Origin: Callorhinchus milii
Taxonomy: Eukaryota
Reading direction: 5' to 3'
NCBI RefSeq assembly: GCF_018977255.1
Contig: NW_024704743.1
Coordinates: forward strand, 67,830,001-67,894,000
Length of the DNA stretch: 64,000 bases
Shown here: piece by piece, positions 1 to 12,015 of the stretch
How the letters are laid out: each line of letters begins with the position of its first letter
Position numbering within the stretch: position 1 is the first letter of the stretch
The notes under the pieces: generated by a model
The model's input: the letters and a program-made list of their open reading frames with translations, nothing else
Told to the model about the DNA's origin: nothing
The model's database searches: none
Made by a program: the position numbers and the translations under genes

Positions 1-559
1 AGCTTCTGAAAATTTACTGGTATCATTTTATGTTGGTACAGAGGGATACTTATTTGTGGATTAACAACACCTTAAAACTTGCAATCTAGCATTGCATACC
101 ATCAGCTCAGTAGTTTTATCATGCAGGAGAGACTCAGGAAAAGGGGCCCTTAATTCAGGGGCAAGTACCTCTATTTATTTTCATAACATTGTCCTCGTCT
201 CTTAGCGGTTAATTTGCAGCTCATTATTGTGGTTACAAGGTATTTGTAGGGAAAACAGTAGCATAAATGTAACTTCACACTGATGAAATTACCCCTGGAT
301 TTAAAGTGCAGGATCTCCTCCAGGGACCTCATCTGCATCATGCTGATCGCATAGAACTAGACTCCAATGAGATCTCAGGTCAGATTCCATTTCTTGCAGG
401 TCAATATGACTTCGCATGAGGTGTTCTGGAGGAGAAGCACTTTCCATCCAGGGGCATTTCTCCAGTGTGAGGCACCATTTACTAGGACACTGTGAAATAT
501 TCCTTCTCTAGTCAAATAGTGTCCTGATTTTTTAAAGTCTATCTGCGCCCGCAGACAAA

Positions 560-716
560 AACTTGGTTTAACACCGTATCTGAAGGACTGAACCTCTGAC
601 ATTGCAACCCTATACTCATGTTGTCATCTAAGACTAAGCTAAAAGTGCTTGACATGGGACTTGAACCCACACGATGTTGACCCTGAGGCGAGAGTGCTCC
701 AACTGAACAAAGCTGA
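560..716 (-). mobile_element. SINE family A, 5' half, degraded
   Basis: The reverse complement reads tRNA-like head (CAGCTTTGTTCAGTTGGAGCACTCTCGCCTC...GGTTCAAGTCCC), then Deu-type body (CAGATACGGTGTTAAACCAAG). Confidence 0.7.
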
Positions 717-913
717 GATGTTTTGAGCAGGTGCATTCCAGCTATTTCTCACACAACTGCCCTCTCTTCCAGCAGCACATTGGCTAAGAATCTCATGATT
801 ATTGAAGCTTTTTTAAATAATAATAAGAATTACATTTGATATAGTCCTTTCCACATTGAGAGAACATATCAAAGCACTTAACAGGATCTTTACTCTAATG
901 GTAAGTATTTTCA

Positions 914-1080
914 ATAAACAAAAGGCAAAATACTGCACATGCGAGAAATCTGAAATCCTTTGATGTCTTTTTGTCAGTTCTGACGAAAGGTCATTGACCT
1001 GAAACGTTAACTCACTTTCCTCTCTCCATAGATGATGACTCACCTACTGAGTGTTCCCAGTGACTTCTATTTTTATTACA
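914..1080 (+). mobile_element. Penelope-like-element-derived repeat fragment (inverted pseudo-LTR type) containing a hammerhead motif
   Basis: AAAAGGCAAAATACTGCACATGC...AAATCTGAAAT followed by CAGTTCTGACGAAAGGTCATTGACCTGAAACGTTAACTC...CTCTCTCCATAGATGATGACTCACCTACTGAGT...TTTTTATT. This resembles an abundant chondrichthyan repeat as I recall it; the left end is the inverted copy of what normally follows the right end. Confidence 0.6.
976..1012 (+). ncRNA. Minimal type-I hammerhead ribozyme motif (Penelope-associated)
   Basis: Stem I AGTT(976-979)/AACT(1009-1012); core CUGACGA (980-986) plus A; stem II AGGTC-ATT-GACCT (988-1000); GAAA (1001-1004); palindromic AACGTT mini-stem III; putative GUU cleavage triplet at 1006-1008. 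Confidence 0.6.
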
Positions 1081-1246
1081 ATCATCAATAACCCTTGATT
1101 TGATATAGAGGCATCTCAAAGTATTTCACAGTATTTAGTGTAAAGTGCAGGAACTGAAATTTTTAGGCAAGCATGGCAGCCAATTTGCACACAGCAATGT
1201 CACACAAACAATCAAAATGTGTATTTTGTCAACAATATAAATAGGA

Positions 1247-1675
1247 ATAATAATATTTGCATTTCATATAGCACCTTATCATGTCGTTGAGACATCTCAA
1301 AGCGCTTCGCAGAATCTACTGTAAAACAAATTAGCTGTATATTTTAAGGGCAAAATGCGGCAGCCAATTGCGCACAACAGCGTCCCACAAACAGTCATTG
1401 ATTGACTAGCGATTGTTGGTCAGTACATTGGGAGAAACTCCCTTCTCTTTTTGAGTAGTTTTGAGTAGTATCTTTAAAATCCACCTGAACAGTCAGATGG
1501 GACCTCGGTTTAACATCTAATCCAAAGGACGGCACCTCTAACATTGCAACGCATCTGCAGTACTGTGTTGTATTTATTGTCAGCTTAGACTGTGTGAGTT
1601 CAAATCTCGAAATAGAGTGTGAACCTACAACCTTCTGACTCAGTGGTGAGAGTTCTTCACTGAGCCAGGCTGACT
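1247..1675 (-). mobile_element. SINE family A (tRNA head + Deu domain + L2-type tail; SacSINE1-like), near full length
   Basis: Head GTCAGCCTGGCTCAGT...TGAGTCAGAAGGTTGTAGGTTC; body TTAAACCGAGGTCCCATCTG and TGTGCGCAATTGGCTGCCGC; tail AAGGTGCTATATGAAATGCAAA(TAT)n. Confidence 0.85.
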
Positions 1676-2549
1676 AAATAAATCAATCCTAAGAAATGTC
1701 ACCTGCACAGAATTGGGATTTCATTTGTGTTAATATAAGAGGGTACTTGGAAAGATCAGGGAATTCAGATTACAGTGCACAGATTCACTGGATTCACAGA
1801 AACAAAATTGTGCCCTTTGTGTTTAGACCAAGGCTGCATGTGCAATACTTGCAGCTGGTGCTGTAGGGAATCAGTTCCACTGGGGTGGGGGGGGGGGGGG
1901 GGATGAGATGTGATTAAAAGCCTTTTTCTGGTTTTAAATAGAAACAATTAGCAAAATGCAATAATTTAACTTGTGATATAAAATTTAAAATATTCTATAA
2001 AGGAAAAGAATAGTCTTCAAATGCAAAAACTATCTCCAGTTCACACTGATATACTGATTGTTTATCTGAGCTCAGGAATCAAATTCATTAAGCAGCCAGA
2101 ACCATGATATTTTTCGCACAAGTTCAAAAATCGTACATTACTGTTCCCATTTGTGGAAGGTACTGAAGATACAGATCAACGGATTGCCTTAAATTTCCTT
2201 AGAAATGGAAATCTTCCTGGGGTGCTTAGACTAAAGGGATTAAAGACCTGATAACAAAATGATACGGTAAAAAAGCAGGGATTTGGGATTAGAACGTACA
2301 GCTACAAGGAGGAGAGAGAAGGTAATTGACCTTTGTCTGTGATTTCATTGCTATATTTTTACAATAGGTACCACAAAACAAACCACAAAACAAATAAAAT
2401 TGGTCACTCACTTCATGGCTGTTTGCAGGACATTGCTGTGTACAAATTTGCTGCCATGTTCACCTTAAAAAATATACATTACCGAAGTGGGTGAAGTGCC
2501 TTGAGATATCTTCCTGAAGTGAAAAGAACTAAACAATACAAATTTCCAT

Positions 2550-2860
2550 TTATAAAGCTCCTTTCACATTGGGAGGATGTCCTAAGATGCTTGACAGTCC
2601 TGGCTTGTTACCTGAGCTGGGGGTGGGAGCCAACCTGGGTGGGGAAGGGAAAGATGACCAAACGTGCAGTCAAAGAGGAAGATGTTGCCACGGACCTTGA
2701 CAGAGATGAGGACGGGGTGAGTTGGAGGGGCTCCGAGTTGGAGTTTTGGATAGTGAGGGCATATAGGCTGGAAGCCCAAACGCTGATGGTGGAGCAGATA
2801 GGGTGGGGGGGACATGAAGCAGGTAGGTGTAAGCTGAGCGAAAGGAGCGGTCAAATGAAT
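2550..2860 (-). mobile_element. L2 LINE 3' fragment, degraded
   Basis: Same 3' end layout as the L2 at 37808 (CCTTTCACATTGGGAGGATGTCCTAAG...ATGACCAAACGTGCAGTCAAAGAGGAAG). Confidence 0.65.
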
Positions 2861-3009
2861 ACAGTAAATTAAATTGGTATGGTATATTAAATTTATGGAC
2901 TATTACAACAGCAACTGAAGTTTCCTTTTTTTTTTAATACTACAATACAAATTGAAAGGGGTGCGAGGGTAAAGATGACCAAAAGCATGGTCGAAGAGGT
3001 ATCTTGTTC

Positions 3010-3468
3010 GGCCGTGTTTTCAGCCGCTATCCTGAGATTCTGGAACTCTCTGCCCAATCCCTCCACTTTGAGATCACACCTGACTCATTTAAGAAACAGC
3101 TTGATGCTGTGATGGGAGTACAGGAGAGTGGGAATTCTGGAATGATGGTGTGAAGAGCCTTCACCAAAAATTGACTGAAAGAGTAAACAAGATCAATACT
3201 TTGGAATGAACCACGGCATAAGACAAGAAGACATAGGTTTACCAATCTAAAGAGCAATTTCAGGACAGATACCAGGAAGTTTTTGTTGTGCAGAGGGTAA
3301 TTACCAACTGGAACAGGTGACCAAGAAAAATGGTAGAAACGGGTCATTTTGGACTTGTTTAAAAAGTAACGACGTAGTAGAGGGATGGCAGAATGGGTGT
3401 TCGAGAGAGATGAAATTGGAGAGGCCAAAGGACCTTCTTCATCCATACCATTCTTGTGATCTTGTGAC
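3010..3468 (+). mobile_element. CR1 LINE 3' fragments
   Basis: GCAATTTCAGGACAGATACCAGGAAGTTTTT...TGGAACAGGTGACCA, shared with 51460, 54630 and 61860. Ends in a (CTTGTGAT)-type tail. Confidence 0.65.
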
Positions 3469-3993
3469 CTGCTCCTGGGTTCCTGCCATTATTGCTTTTA
3501 TGATTCCCACTACAGGGTGCATGAGAACAATACATGAAGACATCCTCAGGGACTCAAGATTTCTCAAGGATTAGATTTAAGGCTTAAATGTTAAGATTAT
3601 GCAGAAACCATGAGGAATTTTGGTGATTAGATCCTTAAGAGTCTTTTACAAATACATCACCATTAACTCAGCAGTTCCCTCATAGATCCCGAGTCATTGT
3701 ATGGGCAAACTGGAGAGTAGAACCATTATCACAACATTCAGGGATGGTGCTCCACATAATAAAACACAATCCTTAAGCAACCTTCTGACATCAACTGATT
3801 TCATTAAAGTCATCATGTTGAGAATCTATGAACAGCAAACTCTTCAAAATTAGCTTTCTTTAATAAAATGATAATTTCAAGGCGTACAAATGCAAAACCT
3901 ATTTCTTCAGTTATGTTGCCAAATTTATATAGCTTCCATACCCTCTGTGGTTTATTCCATTGATTTTAGAAACAGATCCTGAGACATCCTATT

Positions 3994-4311
3994 TAATAAT
4001 AATAATAATCCTTGCATTTGATATAGCGCTTTTCACGTTGGGAGGACGTCCCAAAGCGCTTCACAGAACACACTGTAAAGTGAATTGACTGTATACTTGT
4101 GGGCGAACGCGGCAGCCAATTGTGCACAGCAATGTCCCACAAACAATCGTAGATTGAAAATGACCAATTTTATTATTGTTTTTGGTTTTGGAGGGATTAT
4201 TATTAGGCGTGTGGAGTAAGGAAACTTGCCCAAGGTTTCGCCCTGCCTGGAATTGAACTCGGGTCTCTCGCTTGCAAAGCGAGTGCTCTAACCACTGAGC
4301 TACAGGACTCC
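3994..4311 (-). mobile_element. SINE family B short variant (tRNA-Ala head), full length
   Basis: Head GGAGTCCTGTAGCTCAGTGGTTAGAGCACTCGCTTTGCAAGCGAG...GTTCAATTCC with A and B boxes and a TGC anticodon. Deu 3' part and (TTA)n tail. About 95% identical by eye to the 49899 and 51596 copies. Confidence 0.92.
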
Positions 4312-4849
4312 AATTTCCATTACCAGAATAATTGACATGAGAAGAGGGGAAGAGTATGACATGTAGCATTTGAATATTGAGATCTATAAAGCCCACATCT
4401 AATTGTTTAACACTTATTAGCGCCTCTGCTTATTTTAAGAGCTACAGATAATGTGAACGAGTGATATCTTGAGGTTAATTAACAGTATGCAAACGCACGT
4501 AAAGAATTACAGTTCAGCACTCACTCAATGCCTTTTCGGATGATATTTTGTTTTATGAGGAACCTAAAGCTTTTATTCCAGATTGTTGGTTTTAATGCTT
4601 CTTCATCCAAAAGTTTAAGATTAAAAGTTAAAATTAAAAGTTAAAATGCCGTGCCTTGCTGCTTAGAACAAAGGCCTTGGGATCTGTTCTCACTGGAAAA
4701 AAGGACATCTGGGCATAACAGTTCTATAGAAGTCAGGGGGGTTGTTCAGACCGAAGCCTGTCATTAATGACTTTAAGAACTGGTTTTAAGGTCACATTTT
4801 TACTATATTGTACACATTAAGGTCACATTATAATGCATTGGCTGTCTAT

Positions 4850-5736
4850 TTGAAGGCAAACGCAGCCTCCAATGTCCCACAAACAACCACAAAGTGAATG
4901 AGCAATTTCATCTGGAGAACACGAGGAGGAACTCCCATCAGCACTAATCATGGGATGTCCACATGAACAGGCAGATGGGACCTCGGCGAAATGTTTCATC
5001 CAAAGAATGTCATCTTTGACAACACACTCCTCCACCATCATTGCAATGGAGTGTTTAAAGATAAGCGCAAAGCCCCATGTAGGTCTTGAAGGTGGCAGGA
5101 CAGGTAGATAAAGCTATTAAAAAAGTGTACAGGATACTAGGCTTTATAAATAGGGGCATAGAATACAAAAGTCAGGTAGTTATGATGAACCTTTATAAAA
5201 CACTGGTTAGGCCTCAACTAGAGTACTGTGTTCAGTTCTAGGCACCAAACTTTATGAAGGATGTAAAGGCATTGAAGAGGGCGCAAAGGAGATTTACCAG
5301 GATGGTACCAGGAATGATGGACTTCAGTTATCAGGAGAGGCGAGAGAAGCCAGGATTATTCTTCTTGGAGCAGAGAAGGTTAAGAGGAGACTTAATAGAA
5401 GTTTTCAAAATTATGAGGGGATTCGATAGGATGAACAAAGAGAAACTATTTCCACTGGCCGGTGGGTCGGTAACCCAAGGACACCGATTTAAAATAGTTA
5501 ATAAAAGAAACAGAGGAATTCGATAACAGCTTTTAAGAGAGAAGTAGATAATTATTGGGGAGGACAAGTTTGCAGGGCTATGGGGAGAGTGCAGCTGAGT
5601 GGGATTGATTTGGATAGCTCTTTTCAAAGATGAGCCGAATGGCCTCCTTCTGTGCTGTATCATTCTATGATTCTATGATTGAACTCACAACGTTCTGACT
5701 CAGAGGTGAGAGTGCTACCAACTGAGCCAGGCTGAC
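4850..5736 (-). mobile_element. SINE family A split by a CR1 insertion (pieces about 4850-5055 and 5680-5736)
   Basis: The Deu body runs to about 5055, and the tRNA head resumes at 5680 (GAACTCACAACGTTCTGACTCAGAGGTGAGAGTGCTACCAACTGAGCCAGGCTGAC). Confidence 0.8.
5060..5680 (+). mobile_element. CR1 LINE 3' end (ORF2 C-terminus pseudogene + 3' UTR)
   Basis: Translates ILGFINRGIEYKS...LYKTLVRPQLEYCVQF*AP...RAQRRFTRMVPG...LEQRRLRGDLIEVFKIMRG...GHRFKI, the typical CR1 post-RT region. Ends in (ATTCTATG)n. Confidence 0.92.
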
Positions 5737-7343
5737 AACATTTTTTTTGCAATAAGACTTCCTCTATGCAACAACATTTCTTCTAACCTCCCCTTTACCT
5801 TCTGGTGCTAATTAAACATAAATGTTAATGGCAATATAAGTAAACATATTGAACATATTTAATTGGTAGCACAGAATATGCCTTTTGTGGGAACTAATCT
5901 TCGTCCCAGTGTCTGTAATCACTTTGGTTCATCTTGATAGGCTTAATGAGAGTAGATATCAGCCCTTGGCCACTCTTCTGCTTAATAAACTGAAAGATTC
6001 AGTCTGGTTTGGCTACAATATTCCTCAAGGGTGGAAATTCCATTCATTTTGAACATTGTTGCAAGAACTCCAATAAAGGAACCTTAAAGGGTCAAAGCTG
6101 CATTGGGATCATTCTTTTGGTCCCCTTTGGTTCTACTTGCCCTTCACTTCTGCCCAACATGGCCTCGGCACAGTGGTTACACCAAGCAATTTTCCATCCT
6201 AAAAGCTACCCCAATCTTGGAGATCAGCATTTGAAAACAGTTGAAGAAGGGAACCAAATTATACCTGTATCCTGTGAAGCACACCTGCCTTCAGGGCTCA
6301 TACAATTCCCGGGTCAGAATGGAGTGTATGGTTCCGATTTATTTTTTTATAAACCAGCGAGAAAGAGCATTTTAATTCTATGGGATATTTTAACTCCTTT
6401 TCTCTGCCTTTGAACCATAAATAATCCTTACATTTAATTTTAGCACTTTCACGTCAGGAGGCCATCTCAAAACACTTCACAGGATATACTGTAAAACGTA
6501 GTGACTGTATTGTCAAAGGCAAACACAGTAGCCATTTGGCACACAGCAACATCCCACGAAGAGCCATGAAGTGAATGAAATATTTTATTCTGGAGATGGT
6601 TGGCCTAGATACTGGGAGAAACTCCCTAATAACTTAATTCCTTATTCCCCAAATATTTATCCATCTCCCTTCTAAACAATCCAGTTGCTTTTGCACCTAC
6701 GGCCTTCTGGGGCAGGCATTCCACATTCTCACAAGCCTTTGTGTTAAGAAATGTTATTTTGCATTGTGGAAAAATACACTTGGGTCTGTAGTTTACTGCA
6801 AACCAAATTTCTGATCACATTCCCACCATATATTTAAAGTGTGCTTTTGAGGAGGCACAAAGTCAGCATTTTTCGAAGAGTTGGAAACTTGCTGGAAGTA
6901 GATTAAAATTGCAACATAAAACAAACACTTCATGCCTCTGGATGTAACTAGTCAATTAGTGCTCACAGATACAGAAACATGTCAGGGTTTTTTCCTGTTC
7001 TGTGTCCTCCAGGTAGTAAATTGATTGATTTGGGCCAACCACCTTTCTGCTCTGTTCAGTACGTTTTCATTAATTTGTCCCTTTGTGCTCAGTGCTGTAA
7101 TAGCTGGATTTCAATTGTACATATATAATTTAATTTTGCATTCAAAATGCCATTATATTTATATTTTAAACTTGCATTAGAGATGTTTTTCTAAGCATAG
7201 AGGGACAAATTCCCAAAATTCATGCATGAAGCAAAACATCTTAAATGTAAATTATAGATAATAATAATAATTTCCATTTGATGCAACGCCTTTCATGTTA
7301 GGAGCACTTCTCACTTCATATCTAAAAGCACTTGATACGATTT

Positions 7344-7730
7344 AATAATAATAATCCTTGCATTTGATATAATGCCTTTTCATGTCTTCGAGACACTTAC
7401 GGCAAAGTGTAGTGATTGTATTTTGTGGGTGAATATAGCAGACAATTTGCACGTACCAATGTCCTACGAACAGCTATGGAATGAGTGACCAATTTAATTT
7501 GGGGGATTGTTTGTTAGAATCAAGGAGAAACTCCCTTCTTTTCTCAAACAGTGTCATGGGATCGTTCACGTTTATCTGAACAAGCAGACAGTTTCTTCAG
7601 TTTACATTTCATCCCTGACAATCTAGTGCTCCTCCCTGCACTACATTAGAACGAAGCCTAACTATACAAGTTCAAATTCCCAAAGTGGGGCTTGAAGCCA
7701 TAGTATTCTGACACAGATTGAGAGGGCTAC
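7344..7730 (-). mobile_element. SINE family A, degraded near full length
   Basis: (AAT)n-CCTTGCATTTGATAT tail, GTGTCATGGGATC body, AAGTGGGGCTTGAAGCC head. Confidence 0.75.
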
Positions 7731-8744
7731 TACATCGTCTGGATGTGGAAGCCATTGAACCAAAAAAAAACTAAGAGTCCATCTTTTTTCATATCGGTGT
7801 TTACTCCTCCAACAAGCCATTCATCCTGATCCCAATTTCTCTGTACCCTCAAATACTCTTTCTCTGTATATGTTGGTCTAATTATCTTTTAAATGACCCC
7901 CCGGCCCCCTGAAATTAAGCAATACGCTGATAGAAAAAAAATCACACTGTTTCATACAGTGAAAAAAAACTGCAAGAAATCTTAATGGAACATGATTTTA
8001 ATTTACAAAAATAGACATTAAGCAAATGTGTCATGCAATTGTACAGTTTGAGTGATTAAAAACATTCTTCCACCAAGAAAACATTACTATGTGTTAGTTC
8101 AACACAACTAAAAGGGCAACATTTTCTGATAAATACAAAACCTGAGCCCTTGCAGAAAGATGGAGTCCTTAGTTAATTAACTGCTTGCCTTCTACATACA
8201 GATATCAAGCTGTGAATTTGCATTGGTTTTTTGATTTGCAGCAGGTCAAAGGTTAATTTTTCTTCTTGATTAAAAGTAAATTCATAAAACGCCAGATGCT
8301 TGGTTCTTAAATTTGCAGTTGTTAAAATATTTTTTATAGAAAATGTATTATCACTGTTCCCTCCATTCAAACTAATTCAAGGGCCAAGTATTGATTATAA
8401 TAGTTGGCTGTAAAATCAAGCCATGCATTATAACACCACCATCAACTTGCACTTACATAGCACTCTTTACGCAGGAAGGGGTCTCAGAGCGCTGTCTCGG
8501 AGCAATATCAAACTTAACTCTTGCAGTTACTGAAAGGAAAGGATGGGGTGGGGTGAGGTCCTGCCTGCCTGCCTGTTCAGATGCATGTTAACAAGGTCTC
8601 AAAAAGAGAAGGGAGTTTTATTCCCAGTGTCCTGAACAACAATCCACCAAAATAATAAAATCTGTCATTTATTTCATTGCTGTTTGTGGGACATTACTGT
8701 GCACAAATTGATTGATGGGTTTGCACACAAAATGGGTATACAAG

Positions 8745-9123
8745 GTGGAGTCCGGTAGCGTATTGGTTAGAGCGCTCACTTTGCAAATGAGAGGACTCAG
8801 GTTTGATTCCCAGGCAGAGCGAAACATTAGGCAAGTTTCCTTTCTCCACACACCTGTTTACCTAGCACTAAGTAGGAACCCAGTTGTTAGTCAATTCGGG
8901 GGTCGATTTTCTGGGAGCAGTAATCAAAATAAATAAAAATAATAATAATTTGGTCACTCAATCCACGACTGTTTGTGGGACACTGTTGTGTGCAATTGGC
9001 TGCGCATTTCTCCCACAAAATGTACAGTCAATTCACTTTACAGTATATTCTGTGAAGTGCTTTGAGATGTCTCGAAAATGTGATAAGGCACTTTATCAAA
9101 TGCAAGGGTTATTATTAGTTATT
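8745..9123 (+). mobile_element. SINE family B long variant, nested inside a family A copy (about 8555-8740 and 9125-9200)
   Basis: GTGGAGTCCGGTAGCG...GGTTTGATTCCC head, TAGGCAAGTTTCC...CCTGTTTACCTAGCACTAAGTAGGAACC segment, TGCAAGGGTTATTATT tail. The host SINE continues at AAAATACAGTCACTCCAC. Confidence 0.85.
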
Positions 9124-9687
9124 ATAAAATACAGTCACTCCACGTTTAGATAAATCCTGTGAAGCGCTTTGAGGCATCCTCGTGACATGAAAGATTCAGG
9201 GATTAATTATTCTCACTTCATAACTGCTTATCTGAGCTACAAAATACAATACCATGGAAGCCTCAACGAGTTACATTTACCATCGCTCTCCCTTCTTGCT
9301 GAAGATTTTAACTCCTGCAATGTTGGATCTATATCTTCACTAAAATTAGTGAATGCAACAATGTCAAGCCCTTGAGTGGTGACTAAAAGAGGTAAACTAA
9401 TGATCTTGTTATTCACTGCATAGTTATTACATGTAGAGAGCAAAGTGAACAGACAACTTTCAGTCAATGAAGAGCATAAATCAATGGGAAGTTTCTTGTT
9501 AATTTTCAATGTGCAGAAATTATTTTCTTCTGATTTGCTCCACAGAATTGCGTGAGGTTAATAAGCACTTATTCTGCTTCTTGCTGTATTTTGTCTGTGT
9601 TTGTTTGAATAATCAAACCAAATATTATGAGCCATCATCATAACCAATCACACTCGAATTAATGCTATTGTAAATAAGGGTAAAATG

Positions 9688-10020
9688 TCATGACCCTCTC
9701 TGCCTTCTCCCACCTCCCACAACATGATCCTCCGCCCAACCCGCTTGACCATCGGTGGTTGGGCCTTCAGCATCTCTGCCTCCACCCTTTGGAACTATAT
9801 CACGCATTCCCTTTGCCTCACTCCCTCCCTTGCATCCTTCAAGACATGTCTTAAGACCCTCCTCTTCGACAGCACTTTCGACCACCCTCCTACCCTCTTT
9901 GCCTCCACCCTCCCTGATCCCAAACCCCCTGCTTGGTTCAAAATCCCTTACTGCCCAGAACCTTGGAACATCCTCCAGACATGTAAGGCGTTATACAAAC
10001 ATAATTTGTTGCTGTTGTTC
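9688..10020 (+). mobile_element. L2 LINE 3' end
   Basis: Translates TIGGWAFSISASTLWN...LASFKTCLKTLLFDSTF, the L2 ORF2 C-terminus. Tail AAGGCGTTATACAAACATAATTTGTTGCTGTTG. Confidence 0.85.
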
Positions 10021-10134
10021 AATAAATGACATTTATTCCAATTTGCAAACTTAGCACAGTTGCCAAATTCACTCTCACTTTGATGCAGAATTCACCTAAT
10101 CTGAACAGGATGGCATTTGTGGTTTTATGCTAAG

Positions 10135-10333
10135 TGGGGAGAAATCCTACCCAAGTCTAAATTGATGCCATTTATCAGCAGTTTATCTAATGTTTGGCAA
10201 ATTGATGAATTCAGTCTTAACTTTGAATTGTTTTCTGTAAGTTCTTAAAAGAAGTCTGTATTTAAGAATTTGCCAAAGTCTGGATGTTCTAATTAGTCAC
10301 ATAAATAGAGACTCAAGATGGAATTTCTCCCCA
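10135..10333. mobile_element. Fold-back MITE-like inverted-repeat element
   Basis: Termini TGGGGAGAAAT / ATTTCTCCCCA. Internal arms TTTGGCAAATTGATGAATTCAGTCTT and AAGTCTGTATTTAAGAATTTGCCAAA are complementary. Confidence 0.6.
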
Positions 10334-11094
10334 AAGCTGTCCAAATATCAGAGGCGTGAAGTGTCAGCAAAATATGTGGAAATGATTGGCAAAAACAATC
10401 AGAACATCTATTTGGTTAAACTTGCTAAATTGTGCTGTGCTCACCTCAAAATATCTGTTTACTCTTGACAAGAGCAACTGTAATCTGAGACAATTTTATT
10501 TTGGTCACCCGAGTATCTGATAGCTGTGAAAACCTAATCATGACGTTTGAAAGACTGAAACCCTATTCGCATGCACCTAGATAATGCTCTGTGTCTAGAA
10601 TGGACCGCGTAACTCTAACTCAGGAGAAACACAAACTTCTTACCTAATTCTGGATAGTAAGGTTGGCAAGAAGCAAGCCTTGGGACCGCTGATATTGTAA
10701 ATTGAGGTATATTTCTAAGGTTCTATTCAGACCTTTGAAATTTCAGTAGGAATCAAAGATAATTAAAGTAAAGTCCAGGATAAGAATCCGACCTTACAAC
10801 CCAAACTGTAAAGCTCTGACTAATTGCACTGCACAGCTGAATCCAAAATCCCAAGCACGTCAAGTCTGATAAACAATTTCACTATCTTTGTCATCATAAA
10901 CTCAATGTTCTCCTTAAAAATAAATTTCTCCAGCTTTTTGTTCAAAAGGAAGTCATTAACATAGCATTAATTTCATTCACTGGGGGTCTGATCCACTTAT
11001 TAAATACTGTGTGTTTATGGAGAAGGGGAATTTCTCTTAACCTCTAGTCCTCTTTAAAACTTCTTAAATTAGTCTTCACATTATCTTATTCTGT

Positions 11095-11520
11095 GATCAA
11101 ATGGCTCAGCTGGTAACACTCTAGCCTTCGAGTCAGAAGCTTATGGATTCAAGCCCCACCACGGCACTTTCACAGTCTAGGCTGACACTTCAATACTGTG
11201 ATAGGGAAGTGCATTGTCGGAGATGCCATCCCTTGAGATGTTAAAATTAGGTCCCATCTGTCTGTTCAGATTAATGCTAACAATCCCATGGCACTATTCA
11301 AATAGAGAAGAGTTTCTCCTGATGTCCTAGCCAACAATCGACCAGCTAAATTTGGTCATTCACTTTGTGGCTTTGTGAAACATTGCTGTGCACAAATTGG
11401 CTCCTGTGTTCACCTTTCAAGAATACAATCACTACACATTACAATAAATCCTGTGAAGTGCTTTGAGACATCTCAACAACTTGATGACGAATTATAACAA
11501 ATGCAACAATTATGAATTAT
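11095..11520 (+). mobile_element. SINE family A, near full length
   Basis: TGGCTCAGCTGGTAACACTCT...GAGTCAGAAG...TTCAAGCCCCAC head, ATCCCATGGCACTATTC body, ACAAATGCAAC tail. Confidence 0.85.
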
Positions 11521-12015
11521 TGATATTTATTATTATATAACCTGTTAATATTTCACATCTTCAGTGACTCATTATTTTCAAAGCCTAGATCAAATTTCTT
11601 CTCAATCTTTTTTTTCTCCACACAGTGATTGAAGGAATAATGTCAGCTTTGTTCTCTCACCAGTAGCAGGAGAAAAGCTCAAACAGAAATTCCTAATATT
11701 TGTACGAACTTTATGAATACAGTCTGGGCATGGAAAGTCAATGTCACTGCACCAATACTGACTGATTCTGATATCAGATCCCACACTCGCTCACAAAATA
11801 CTTTACAGTACAACCTGTGAAGTGCTTTAAGAATTTTCAATGATGTGATGAGGTGCTATATCAAATCCAAGGATTATCATTATTACTTGAGTTGAGACAT
11901 GTAAAATGTGTTTGTAGATGGTAAAATTTCCAGCACCAACACATTATGTAACAGTAACAATTATACTCCTTACTTTCTCAAAAGATTTTAGGATGTCTTA
12001 TTGTCTTCTCTACAT

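Noticed and set aside
1882..1902. Poly-G tract (G-quadruplex potential)
   Set aside because: It is a simple homopolymer of unreliable length with no other support.
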